NCBI GenBank assembly: GCA_964187785.1 | Contig: OZ076414.1 | Location: 2,108,001-2,172,000 of the forward strand | Direction of reading: 5' to 3' | Length of the DNA: 64,000 nucleotides | Source of the DNA: Amphiscolops sp. MND2022 | Taxonomy: Eukaryota | Shown: positions 44,878 through 58,239 of the stretch, piece by piece | Numbering within the stretch: the stretch's first letter is position 1 | Layout: every line of letters begins with the position of its first letter | The notes under the pieces: model-generated | Databases searched by the model: none | Told to the model about the DNA's origin: nothing | What the model saw: the letters and a program-made list of their open reading frames with translations, nothing else | Made by a program: the position numbers and the translations under genes

Positions 44878-47800
44878 ATTCAAATGCGAATGCGAAACTT
44901 CGTCTACGCTTAGTAATTATATTTTCTTTAGTCCGAGAAGAATTAAAGGCGGTGTAAACTTGAACAGTGATTAATTGTGCGGTAAATAATGATTAAACAA
45001 GAATGTATTGGTATTCCAGATATGATTCTTTTATTAATGAAAGATTAAAGCAAAAATAGTACTGAGCCCAGGAGGGGCCTATTTTTGAAACGTGGAGCTG
45101 TCTGAGCTTTAAGCGGAGCGTCAGCTGGAGACTTTCCCGTCTTGTTTTTCAATACATAGCGACAAACAAATCACCGAAGTGTTGAAAATTTCAGTCGTTC
45201 GAACATGAAACGACGCCCGTACGCATTGTAGATTTAATTGGATGGAATACTACAAAATAAAATTGTATTCATTGGAAAAAAGTTGCAATTAGCAGTGCAC
45301 ATGACATTAAAGTGTATAAAACACCATATAACTTTTGATTTGGTTGTCGCTACGTGAAATGAACAGTCCAAACACGTTTCTGTTAGTCGAGTCATGTTTT
45401 GTCAAGTTTTCATTCCATTTTCGTTTCTGAAGCTCGTTCTTGTTTTTCAAACGTTGCTTTTCTAGCAACATTGCTCCTCAAAAACACTGAATCGTTCATA
45501 TATATGACTGGTGTATACTTCCACAGTGGTTGAAGAAGTTGTATTCTTATCCATCAATCGACCCCCTCTGTTTCGTGTTACAGCGGCCCAGCGTGCCCGA
45601 ATGTTTGAGAATTGATTCTGTTATCAAAGTTAACAATTGGTAGAAATGATGCAAAAATTGGCAACAGTGGTTTCAGTTCATTCCACATTCTATCGCATCA
45701 TTTTTAGTCGGCGCTTTTCTAGTGAAAAGAACCCGACTATTACAGTGGCTAGTTTGTTTTTTTTTTTCGTCAGACCACAGACCTCATCGTGTATGTACCA
45801 CTTTTTAGTACAGACATTACTCGGTTTACGGTGAACCCAGCGGTCACGGGTTCGAGTCCTTGCTTTAGCCAGAAACTTTTTCGAGCATTTGCGAAAGCGG
45901 ACGAGCCCGAAGGGTCCCCTCTTTCAATTTTTTTCGGCACTGTGCTACTTTTTTCGAATTTTTTGCCATCAAAGGGTCCCCTTCGAATATTTTGATTCAA
46001 AAAACTTTGCTGACCTTCAAAAAACTTTGCGCTTTTTGAGCCTTAGATAAAGCGCCGACTTTAGACGTTCCCCTCTTGTTTTTCGATACACCTGAAGTGA
46101 CCAAAATAGTTCTACCAAAAGTTCTACGAAGTTTTAAGGAGACGCCGAATTGTACCTTTTGACCCAGAGAACTGGACATTAAGAGCTGTTTCTTTTTTAG
46201 CATTGCAAAAAAATTGGACGAGACTAAAGGGTCCCCCTTTAAGATTTTTTTTCGCCATTGTGAGATTTTTTCATTTTTTTTCACCAAGGCCCCTTCATTT
46301 GTTAATGATTTGCGACAGAAAGGATGAAAAATATCAAAGGATCCCCCCTGGCGCGCCAATTCGGTCCAACTTTTGGGTTTTTCGGGTACTGTAGAAGAGA
46401 ATACTTGACACTTTGAAGTCCTTTTGCTATTTTCCAGCCTTAGATATGGCGCTGACTTATACCGGTCCCGGCTTGTTTACCAACGTGAATGCATTACTCC
46501 TGTCGAAAAAATACCAAATCTTTTTACCAAGAATAGTGCGAATCTGAATCGCTTTTCGTATTCTCTCATCGCATCTCCTGGAACACTTGTCCTAAAAATC
46601 GTATCCTAGTGCTTCAATAGAATAGCGCGCGACCTTTCAAGTCAGAATGTCGATGATTTTCCGAATCGAAATACACGTCTCAATCAATACAGTTGAATTC
46701 GCTTGATTCGTTTCGGCAGCGACTGAATAAAATAGTACACTTAATGAGAAATACGAATTAACCGGTTTACATTACGGTTACCAGTCAAAAGCGCCTAAAA
46801 TACGCAGTCAAAAGCGCCCCAATCAAAAACTGCGGAGGATTTGCTGACTCTTTTCCGCCACCAATATTACGTCCTCACTCCAATTAAATAATTATCAGGA
46901 TGTCATCTCAAACCAGTGTATTGACCAATTGATTCATTAACAAATTAATATAATTCGTTCAGAAATGCAAAAATTAACTGTTTAAATCGTTTTCAATTGA
47001 GATTTGTGAGGTCTGAAAGGCATAGCGACAACTTATATCAAGCGAAAACTCATATCAGGCGACAACTCATATCAAATTGAAAAGGCGACAACTCTTATCA
47101 AACGATAATTCAAAGCAATTAGGGAAAAGCGACAACTATTAAGTTTCCCAACAGGTTATAAATACCTACATTTTACTTCACGAACAAATTATTACCAAAC
47201 ATGATTAACTGCAATTAGAACTGCAATTGCAAACAATTAGAAATTTCCAAGTTACATTGATATTTACCATAAACTCGTTACTATTCTATAATTTCTAATA
47301 ATTACTTATCAATCATCTAATTTTTTGTATTTATATAATGAAATATTTGGAATAAATTTTCTTACGTAGATTTTAATATTCTGATACGAGTTTTATTTTG
47401 GTACAAGTTATCGCTTGATATGAGTCGTCGCTTTTTCAAATTGATATGAGTTGTCGCCTGATATGAGTTGTCGCTTGGTATGAGTTGTCTCCGTACGGGT
47501 CTGAAAACGTCAAATCTGGCACTACCAGAGGATTAACCTTGTCTACTTAGAGGCGGTGAAATCCACTCAAAATTAGTAAGACGTTTTGCAGTGGGGCGCT
47601 TATGACTGTACACGTTACATTAGTGTGGTTGTAGCGATTTGGGGGTTTCAGATAAATACGAGTTAAACGAAGATCCGAATTATCCGGATACGAATTAACC
47701 GGAGTTGACTATACATATACTATTTTGATGTATCTTTCCAATCTTACAGTTTTGTGAACCGTTGGCTTGGTTGTGCCTCCTTATGCCGTTGCCAAATTGT

Positions 47801-48563
47801 TTGAAAAATAGAACTTTTGATGGTGTGTAGATGCAGTGTAATTTGAACTAACTCAAATTTTTATTCTATTTTCACTTCTCCGTTTCACTTCTCTTCGCGG
47901 GGGTTCGGACTTTGTTAAAGCAAGCATGTTTTAAAGAAACGTGTTACAAGTGAATAATTGAATCTCTTCTGTTCGTGCTGTACATGCATTGTTGCACTAG
48001 GGGCAGACTTGGTTCCATTTCTTTACTTGTGGAAATACTGGAGAACATTGACTGTTTCTGAATCGAATAATTACTGGGGCAACCATAAATGCTATAAGTG
48101 CTATTGGGTGGGTCAATAAAGTCAATTTTTCCGCTAGTTTCCCCGATATTGGTATAACTGCTATTTTAAGACCAATTTTCCACCGATTTCTGAGAAATGG
48201 AGGATGTTACATGTTGTGTTCCTGCCGCCGATTGGTTAATCAAGTTTATTATTAATTAATTTGAATTCAATGATGGGTAGGAATAGAAACTTCAAAGGTG
48301 AGAATGTTGAAAAATTATTGGTTTGCCATGGAAACAATCAATAATAACAGAATTTTTTACAATTAATTTTTCTGCCCTATTTTTTTTGAGTATTCAGCCA
48401 GATTTTTGGGTCAATTGTGTGGTTGCCCTACCAATTGCATTTAAATACATTATCTTGATGCCCATTTGCCTAATTTAGAGTTATGTGCTTGATAAAAATC
48501 ACATTTGTCCGTTTGTTTTTCCGGCTGCATGCTGTATGGTTTGATTTTAGCAAGTTTTATATA

Positions 48564-48737
48564 CAGTGGAATCCGCCTAATTCGTATCGCTAGGGACCGA
48601 ATAAAATACTACAAATAACGAGAAATACGAATTAACAAGATGATTTTACTTTGGTCGTCCTGAAATGGGGGTCTCAAAGACGTACGAATTAAACGAAGAT
48701 CCGAATTATCCGGATACGAATTAACCGGAGTTGACTG
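48564..48737. mobile_element. pogo/Tc1-mariner-type MITE (174 bp); inverted copy at 59319-59492
   Basis: TA|CAGT...ACTG|TA with imperfect ~24-bp TIRs; the two copies have the same length. Confidence 0.8.
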
Positions 48738-50785
48738 TATTTTTATTCCATTTCTATCTCGTTGGTGGCAGTTTTTGAAACAACACTGTTGAATAAATAA
48801 ATATAGAACTTTTATTTTGCTCCTACAACTCAGTTGAGTGCATTTCAGTTTGAGCATTTCTCCGTAGTGGGGGGGGGGGGTTGTGGATTGTTTCATTTCG
48901 GTGGCTGTACGGAATCCCATGATTTCGAATCCTAGCAGGTTTAGTCTTGGTTAGGCTGAAGCAAAGTACATTGACAGATGTTAGTGGATCGTTTGTCAAT
49001 AATTCATTGGGAAAGAAATAAAATGTGCTACTTTGCCTGCTGAGTTGGTAAGTGTGAGGCGAATGGATTCGATTAAGATGGTGGCTTGTTTCCAATTACC
49101 TCAGACAACTACTGGCTAGACTTGGTAATGAATTCCGTTTTGATTGAAGCAAGGCTACTACAGTTCGCTGGAGGGGGCTGGTGTGTTTATGAATACAATA
49201 CAATGTCCTATTGTCCTAAAAGCTTTTTTGCTGTGCTTTGTTAGTTTGGAAGAAACTGCTGCTGTTGACTGTTGATGTTGCATCTTGAAACGTTTAAGGT
49301 TTTCTCCTTCTTTTGATAGAAGTACTAAACCGGAGGAGTACTCAACTTACTGGCTAGCTGCGCAGTCAGTAGTACTTCTAAATGCAATACTGCAATATTT
49401 GATACAATTGAATTGAAACAGTTGCAGGCTGTTTCCGCCTCCATTCATTCTATTGCAGCGCCCGATTCATTATTATTATTCCTCTGTTATTCCTAACTCG
49501 ACGGCAGCTGTATTTTACTATTTTACTTCTTTCTCTCTCTTTCTCTCTTTGTGTCTAAATGGACCACACAAACTGGATCGATCTCACAATTCTGGCTTCT
49601 CCCATTTATTAACTGGACTCTTCGGCGTGTTTGCTGGCAATTGCAGCCACAGAAAGCGGGGATATTGTTGGAGTTTTTGCAGTTTAACAGCAGGTTGTTT
49701 TAACCTTGGACTGCTGTGAACTGCTGAATAGAAAATAAGCGGCAGCTACTTTCAAAGTTACCTTATTTGGAATTGTGTTGACTCGTAAACTAGACAACTG
49801 GCTATGTAGTTTCAATGTCTCATCGTTAGTACCGTGTTTTTAGTCGGCGCTTTTATTTTCCGCCCATATTTCTTATGGGAAAGGAAAATATTTGAATCAA
49901 ACAGTTTTTTTACAAATTTGCCAAGCACCAAATTTATATGTATGTTATATACACCTCACGTATGTTCCACGGCGCTAGGCACCGAATCATTTCTCACAAA
50001 CGCAAACTCTCCTCTTTACGTCAGCTCAGGCCTTCACGAGTTTTGTTGAGCCTCGTTAACTTCTGTTGCACCAGGGGATAGATCAGAAGAAAGTTTAATG
50101 AGAATGTCGATTGAATTCGGTCTCTCAGTTCAAATGTCAATGCGAAACTTCGTCTACGGTTAGTAGTCATATTTTCGTTAGTCCGAGACGAAAAAGCGGT
50201 GTAAACGGGTACAGTGAATAATTGTGCGCAATGATTAAACAGGAGTGTTTAGTTATTCCAGATATTGTTCTATTAATGAACATGAAAGACTAAAAAGCAA
50301 TATACTGTGCCCCGTAGGGGCCTGTTTTTGCAAGAAACAATACTATCATTTTTCATACTGCGTGGGTTTTACAAGAGGCAGGGATGTAAAATAAATAATG
50401 TATTTTTATAATTGCAATAAATACTATATTTTTTGGATTTAGCAATACAATATATTTTAAAACCTAAATATATTTATATATCAAATCAAAAAGTATGTAA
50501 GACAGTCAGGAAATATAGACATAAATATAATATTGTTGTAATATATTCAGATTCCGTGCTCAGATGCTGCCTTAATTAGGTTGGAATAAAATTGAAACAC
50601 ACGAAGAACAAATCGCAAAGTACAATTAGCGTGTAGCTAAACCACTCTGACGTGAGGCTGAACTATCCACTTAGTGACGCTGACCTCTTTGGAATGTTGA
50701 AGTTGTTGAATACAGTTTATGTCTCCCCAATATACTTTTTTTCTAAGTACAATATATTTATTGTCAAGTAAGAGCAATATAAATA

Positions 50786-50948
50786 CAGTAAACCCTCGAT
50801 TATCCGCCACCTTCGGTCAACCGCCACAATTCTACGGGGACATTTTGCTATACCACCCGTGTCTAAGCTCCCTTGATTAACCGCCACTCTCACTTATCCG
50901 CCATAATTCGCGCTGGACCGATGGTGGCGGATAATCGAGGGTTTACTG
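50786..50948. mobile_element. pogo/Tigger-type MITE (163 bp)
   Basis: Perfect 26-bp TIR CAGTAAACCCTCGATTATCCGCCACC; TA TSD. Confidence 0.85.
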
Positions 50949-53900
50949 TATATTTATTTTACGCAAAAATAGTATTTATATTTTTTACACCCCTGACAAG
51001 AGGGCAAGAGTTGAAATTTTTTGAAATTCATTTCGAAACTCCTTGTATACCCAGAAGAAATTTTCAATTAGAACAATCTATTAGTTGCCGCGAATTTGAA
51101 TCGCTAATGACATTGCTGAAAAATTCTGCGCGGCCGCTATATCGCTGATTTGCTGTGTCAAACGTTGATTGAGGTCTTCTTCTATTTTATAGAAAGGGAA
51201 TAGTACGTCTTGTATTTGAGTTTATTCCACTAAATTGCCCAGTAAAGGGTGTTTGAGCTGGCTGGTTTTTTCATAGCAGGAGAAACACGGTATATACTTG
51301 TATGTCAGAGCGTGTGTGTCCATCCATCAATTCTGTTGCAAAATATCAAAAAAATGAAGGGCGATCCTTTGAAGACATTTTCGAACAAAAAAGTCTCACA
51401 GTCCCGAAAAAAATGAAAGGGGGCCTTTAGTCTTGTCCAGTTTTATGTTACGCTAAAAAAGAACAAGTATTATAGTTCAGTTCCCTGGGCCATATGGTAC
51501 AATTTGGTGTCTTTAAATTTTGTAAACTTGTAGAACTATTTTGGTCGGTTCGTGTGGCTTGAAAAAATACTCATTATTATAGTCGCGTTTCACTTCATGA
51601 ACGGCCAACTAAAAAACTATAATAAAGAAAGTTTCTGTTTCAAGTTTTGCTGATCAAATTGAATATCACGTGTTAGCCGTTCAATGTAACAATGTGTAGC
51701 CAGCCTCGTTTAGCCTTGCCCTTGGAGGCTTTGAAACAAGGTTGGGGAACATTGAACGACGTGAATGAATAAAGTTAGAAGGACGAGCAGTTCTTGGAAG
51801 CAGACGGGGGTAGGTACATGGGTACGGGTACCATAGTACCTATGCAGCAGTGCAGTGTAGTAGAGTAGTAAGTTAGCCAGCAGAGTAAGCCGTGCTGTGG
51901 CCGGGGGCGCAGTGGTGCTAGCAGCAAGAAGAGAGTACCTACCTACGGGGTACAGTTAGCTGCTATCTGAAGAAATACACACGCGGCAAGGGGCCTTTAT
52001 GTTGATCAATCCATCAGTTGTTGACGAGCACAATTCATTACTACTTCCACTACCACTACTGCTGCTGCTGCAGCTGTTTGTGACGCCGCCGCCGCTTCCA
52101 TTCAACTTTTCCCGTTTTCACTCCCCCCATTTCTCTAGTTTCTCTCTCTTCTCTCTTCTCTTTTCAATACAGTCAGTCGCTCTTGAAGACGCAGCATTCA
52201 ATATCACTCAAGTTAATCTTATATAAAAAGAGAGAAAGGTTACTTGACTGTTCACCAATCCGTTATTGTATTCGTTTTTTTAAGAAAAAAACAGCGACGT
52301 TTCATTTTTGATTACTGAATACAGCTTCTTTCTTGGCTTGCCTGTTTCTTCAAGGCCCCTACAATTTTTTTGGAGTGCAATCCGTATCCCATTTCCATAT
52401 TGGGTCATTTTCATTCGAAAACTCCCAAGATCGCATGTTACCTTGATTGAGATCCAGAATGATTATCTGGAAACACAAAGTTTTTTTGCGAGTGACTTCA
52501 ACTTCAAATTAACCTTTTCTGGATTTTTTCTCATCTACCGAAAGTACATGTTAACTTATGGTAACTGCTTCATTTGAAAACTTTTAATATTAGCTCTCTC
52601 ATTTGGAGAGAAAATTAACCACGTTTAAAGCATCTCATCCATCGCCGATTGTTTACTGCTTTCTTGGAACTAAGCTTCTTAAAAGGAAATTCAGCAGCTT
52701 ACCATCAGACTTTAACGCACATTGCCAGACTATGATTCAGTTCAATGTTCATGTGATTGCACATTACAAGTGCGTTTAATTGCACCGAACTATTATAATT
52801 CAAAGTGCCTAGCTTTTCGCGGAGCGTTTAATTCGCTTATCTCCTGTTATGCTAGCTGTTCCAAATATTGAAAATATGTCGAAAATTGTCTCTAATTTAA
52901 AAAATGACTAACTTTTTTATCTAGCTAACCTTTCAAGTAGCCTTTCCATTACGTCTGCCTCTCTCGCTACAATAGTTCATCCTGAGCTTTCTTGCATCAA
53001 TTGTCCAGAATATGGTGTCAATTGTTTTGCTTTTTTCGTTTTTTTGCTTGTTTGAAAAAGAACACATTATTCAACTCAAATTTCACGGGAAAACTAGCCG
53101 TAGGTTGTTTGCTGTGTCGGCATAAACAAGAAAAGCGAAGGACTGTCGGCAATTTGCGTAATTTATGGCGGTTTCTTTGATGCTCGCTTTCATTTCTCTT
53201 CCTTGTCCCGGTACCATGTTGGCTTTTCCCCATCCAACCCGTTCACCCGCCACCGTGGTGGAGTAAGTAATCCGTCGCAACTGATGTTGCACAATATTTC
53301 CCACGTGTTTCGCTATGTCCACTTCCTTGATTGCGCCCTAAATCAAGTTACGCGCTCCCACCAAGATGGGTTGTAGTAATATACAGTATTGATCTATATG
53401 AACAGCTACATTATATTTGTTGAAGCAAAGCTTCTTACATAGAAACAGTATATGCTGTGCTTCTACCACTGATTTGATTTGAGCAGTCTCAGAATTGCCT
53501 CAAAAAGAGGGAAAAAACTTGCATGTGGTACAAGTGACCAGTGCGTGTGGCGACAGTGTTATTGTATTACCAATGTTGGTATTTCCATATTTCTATCTAT
53601 CTATCTATCTATCTATATCTTTTCCATCTATCTATCTCTCTGGTAGATTTCAGTAGATTTCGATTGAAATTTACTTGACATAAATTTGGGATTAGAGGCG
53701 TCCCTAATGACCACTGTAATAAGGCTCTATTTTATACCTTGTTTAGCCACTAACAGGCCTCGCAGTAATCTACCGCCTTGGTAGGGGCTGTAAACATTAT
53801 TGCGCTTTTCTCTTTTCCCGCCAACTCAACTCAACTCAACTGACTGGTCAAGGCAGGCGCATTGGAGCGGGGCCGCGCGGCTTTGTCAGTAGTACCTTCT

Positions 53901-55605
53901 TACTTTCTCTACCTTCCTTTATCCCTAATCTATCCATCCATCCATCCAACTCTTGTGTCCTCTGCGTTGTTCAAATGTGTGTGAAAACACCGCGACTTTG
54001 TTTGCAAACAATACCTGTTTGTTATTTATTGCACTACCTGCATCAACTTACATCCACTCTTTATTGCCCTTGCAAAAATATCAACTGAATAGCCTCTCCT
54101 CTGTTTATCTCCCAACTCTTTAATTTTTTTCATCTTTATTTATGGGGGTGTCTTGGTGGTATATGTGGTGTATTTTCAACCCTCTACCCAGTACCAAAGG
54201 TTGAAGTAGCGGCGGTTGGCTGGTACAGAAAGAAATGAAAAAGGAAATGTGAGAGTGAGTATTAATGGCTTTGTATCAAAGTTGGCACTGGCTGATATGA
54301 GATGTGTAGCCTAGCCAGCTCCCCAGGACAGGAATAGTAGTGGGAAAGTATAGTATTGTGGTCTAGTTGCACAGCGTGATGTTGATTTACCCGCCAGGGA
54401 ATGTGCTGCTGCATTCGCACTGCACTGCACTTTTCACGGCGGGGAGGGCGAGTAGCAAAAAGTGTGAATAAACAAGAAATTTGAAAGATTTCGACATGAA
54501 AGAGACCTTGAGGCTTGTTGTTCACATTCAGGTGTCGACATACTTTTACTTCCAATACTTCTCGAATTACGGCTGCTGCTGCTGCTGCAGTTTAGTTGCT
54601 AGCAGAGAAGCTACCTAGCTCTTGTTCAGGACAATCCGACAAAAGTAAAAAAAAAGAAACCCCAGTCGTCGAACTTGCATACATTTTCTGCAAGAATCTC
54701 AGATTTCACTTGCAAGATCTTGCAAGACAATGCATTATTCTTGCAGGTATCTTGGAAGAAAATATCTGATGTTGCAAGATTCTTGCAAGAAATATATGGG
54801 GGTTCGACTGGGGAAGAAAAGCCCGAGCAGTGAGTCAAGTGCAGCTGCTGATTTCACTTTCGGCTGATCTCACTGATCTGTAGCTACTATCTCTTCTAAT
54901 AGATCTCTTCCTCTCTCCAAACACAGAACAGTCTGGAAAACTTCGAAGCAGCTGTACGGCTACTACTACCATTTATTGTACTGAAACATAGGCAATCACC
55001 GCAACTAACTCAACTCAACTGCGTTCTTTTCTGTTCTGTTCTGTTACCAACCAGACCAGTTAGCACCAACCAGTTACCACCAGCAGCAGCAGCTAATGCT
55101 TATCTCTCCACGACAGTACCTTCTTTCTGCACTGCTTGCTCTCTCTTTCCAAACGTCTAGTTCTTAATTTCTAATTCTTATTCCCCTCTTATTTCCTCCA
55201 TTACGTCATGTTTGTTACTTACACAGTTATTATACAGAGTATGTCATACTATACTACCCACCGTTTTCCTTCTTAACTATTCTGAACCAACTTATTCCAA
55301 TGTTAATCTACAGTTGTCCTTAAACTAATGATATTCGACACCCGCAATATTCTGACACCTTCATTCAGTCTCTGTCTGGTGAAAAGCTACTGCTGCTAAT
55401 TACAGAATTTGTTGAAAGAGCAGAGAAAAAGCAGTTTCATGTGGCCTCGTTTTCCTCTAGACGACCGTTAGTAGGGACTGCAGAAATATGTCCGTTCAAT
55501 TAACTTTAAGGTCGCTCCATCCATCAAGTAACCACCCAAACCATCAAAAAGTTTGCTTTTTGCTTTTTTTTCAGCATCAATTTCAACTCTAAAGCAGTGA
55601 CAATA

Positions 55606-55749
55606 CACTCAACTCGGTTTATAACGATTACGTTTATAACGGTCCCAGCCACGATGCTTGTATATAACGATTTTCGCCTATGACGATGTTCGGATATGAC
55701 GATTAAAAAACGCCGGTACCCGGGCAATCGTTATAAGCAGAGTTGAGTG
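55606..55749. mobile_element. Tc1/mariner-type MITE (144 bp); inverted relative at 61278-61443
   Basis: TA|CACTCAACTC...GAGTTGAGTG|TA; shared internal TTATAACGATT motifs. Confidence 0.7.
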
Positions 55750-56348
55750 TAATAAAAGTGAAGGAAGGAACGAAATTTTCAAGAATGATCTTGTAAATTA
55801 TATAAATCTTGTAAATATAAACTTTCTATTTCTCGAATTTCAAAATGGTAGTTATATTTACAAGTAAATTGAATGAAAAGTGCTCATTCATTTTTCTACG
55901 ATGTTACTTTGGTTTCGACATGCAACCATATCAGGAACTTCAGTAGACACAAGGAGTCAATTGGATATAAAGATCATGTCCCGTAAACACAGGTAGAAGA
56001 AAAGTAGTAGGTTAAAATATGAACTAAGCTACGAATTAAACATGTTCATTTTCCATTAATTACATGGCACCCTTGCAAAAATGGTGAAAATTGCACCATA
56101 AGCCTCAAAGTTTTGGCATCCTGAATGTTTTTAGTTGCCGAAGAGTTTTTGACATGATGTGCCGTATAGCATAAATTCAAGTTGCTTGACCTAGTGGTTA
56201 GTGGTAGGGACGCAGGAGCGCTGATCTGAATTTTGAGATTTGCAAATATAACCCTAACTCAACCTGACCACTCGGTCTCTATTTGGAGACTGGTTTCTAG
56301 AGGTCTCTATTTAGACTCTATTTAATTGCCAGTCTCTATTTTTCCATA

Positions 56349-56911
56349 TTTTTAGTCTGCGCTTCATGAAGTGAAACGCGACTATTATAGTGACTCTTTT
56401 TTTTCTATCCACACGAACTGACCAAAATAGTTCTACAAAAGTTCTACAAAATATTATTGCATCAAAATGCACTATTTGGTCTAGCGAACTGAACCAAAAA
56501 GGTTTTTCCTGTTTTTCCGCGTAACATACCATACCGAGCGAGACCAAAGACTCCCCCCTTTCATTTTTTTGGCACTGCGAGACTTTTTTTTTCGAAAAAA
56601 AAATTTTTCCCCAAAGGGTCCCCCTGCATTTTTTTTGATGTTTTGCGACAGAATGGATGTTGAAAAATCCCAAAGGGTCCACCCTTTCAGTTTTTCGGCA
56701 TTGTGAGACTTTAGCGCGCCAGGGGCTCGCGCTAGCGAGCCCCGGCGCGCCACTCGGTCAATTTTTTTGAGTATGTAATTTTTTGGAAAAATTTTTTTTT
56801 CAAAAAATTTCGATTTTCGAGTACTGTAAAAGAGTACTTGACACTTGGAAGTCTTTTTGCTATTTTTGAGCCTTGGATATGGCGCCGACTTGGGCCGGTC
56901 CCGGCTTGTTT
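56349..56911 (+). mobile_element. HINE-like copy carrying a 24-bp palindromic insertion
   Basis: Both termini present; colinear with 30754-31237. Confidence 0.75.
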
Positions 56912-58239
56912 ACTTTTATTGTTCCATAGCAAAGTTTGGACGTGCATCAATCTCTTAAGCGCCTCGTCGAGTTCATCTTGATCATAGTTCCGCACAATAT
57001 GATCGTGGAGGCAGGTTCCAGCAAAATTTCAACAGTCATTTTGCCAAAAATCGTATGACAGGTTCCGTCCGTCTCCTGAGCTGATCTCACTGATACGCAG
57101 AGCACACTCGGAATATCTTAAAGATGTCAAAAACACTGTAACTCATCAAGAGGAAGAAGTGAAGAAAAACATCAAAGAACACAGGGGATATATGAGCGTA
57201 GAACGAGTGCAAGTGTTACAAGAGAGATCAGTAAAGTCGATGAAGACCTGAAAAAGGCCAAGGAAACTGTCAACGCGCTACTTGCTAAGCGCCAGCGACT
57301 AACTCTTAACATCGGAAGGCGTTCAGTCGCGTGAAAACGACGTTTCAAAGAACATAATCGATGCTATGTTTAAACAATAAAGAAATTGGCTTTCTTCACG
57401 TTTATTTTGTTTTTTCTTATCAAGTCTTTTTGGTCTTTAGTTTAAGTATCAGGACACTTTGTAGTCTATATTTAGTCTCTATTCACTCTCGAGCATTTGG
57501 TCTCTATTTTCGGAAGCTTAGAATGGTCACCCTGCCCTATCTTGACCAATGGTACGAATTCGGCACATTTAGTTTCTGCAAACGTCTAAACGCACCAGCT
57601 GATTGTATGGTAAAGAAAACTCTTGAATAAAATTTTTAGACAATTTTTCATAGCATTGCATTCATTTTACCGAATATTGACATGCTGTCTGCAAAATCAA
57701 GAAAACGGGACCAAAAAATCAAAAAAAAATCAGCGCAGATTTTCCGTTTCTCCAGTCCGTTTATGGCCACTTTATCCCACCGGGGACAAGATTGGGTCAA
57801 AGTGGCCTTAGCATGTTTGGAACATGCTGAATAGCAGTCAGAAACACGAGGCGTGCAAAGTCCGAAGCCAGCCAAGCAGTTCAAAAATCAAATTGAAAGC
57901 CCTGATTGTCTTTTTTCGAACGTTCTATAAATCGTTTGTCGGACTTGAATAGTTTAGGAGATATTGCGGTTTAAAGTTTAAGCAACCGATTTTTGGATGG
58001 ATACAGAATTTTCCTGGTCAACTTAAGATTAAACCAAGCTAAAAGGGTCCCCGTTTAGTTCTGGGTTTTGTGGCACCGTGCGATTTTTTCACCTTGGGGT
58101 CATTTGAAAGTTTCAGTTAGAGAAAATTTTTTAAAAAAGTTTTGAAGGGTCCTAACGTTTTTTGACACTGTGGAACTTTTTTCGAAAAGAAAGTTTCACA
58201 ATTTTGGGTGTTTTTTGATGTTTCACGTTTAAAGTAGCG

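Noticed and set aside
53590-55060. (ATCT)n, (CAACT)n, (CATC)n and (GCT)n tracts
   Set aside because: Ordinary microsatellites; no linked exon or structure could be supported.
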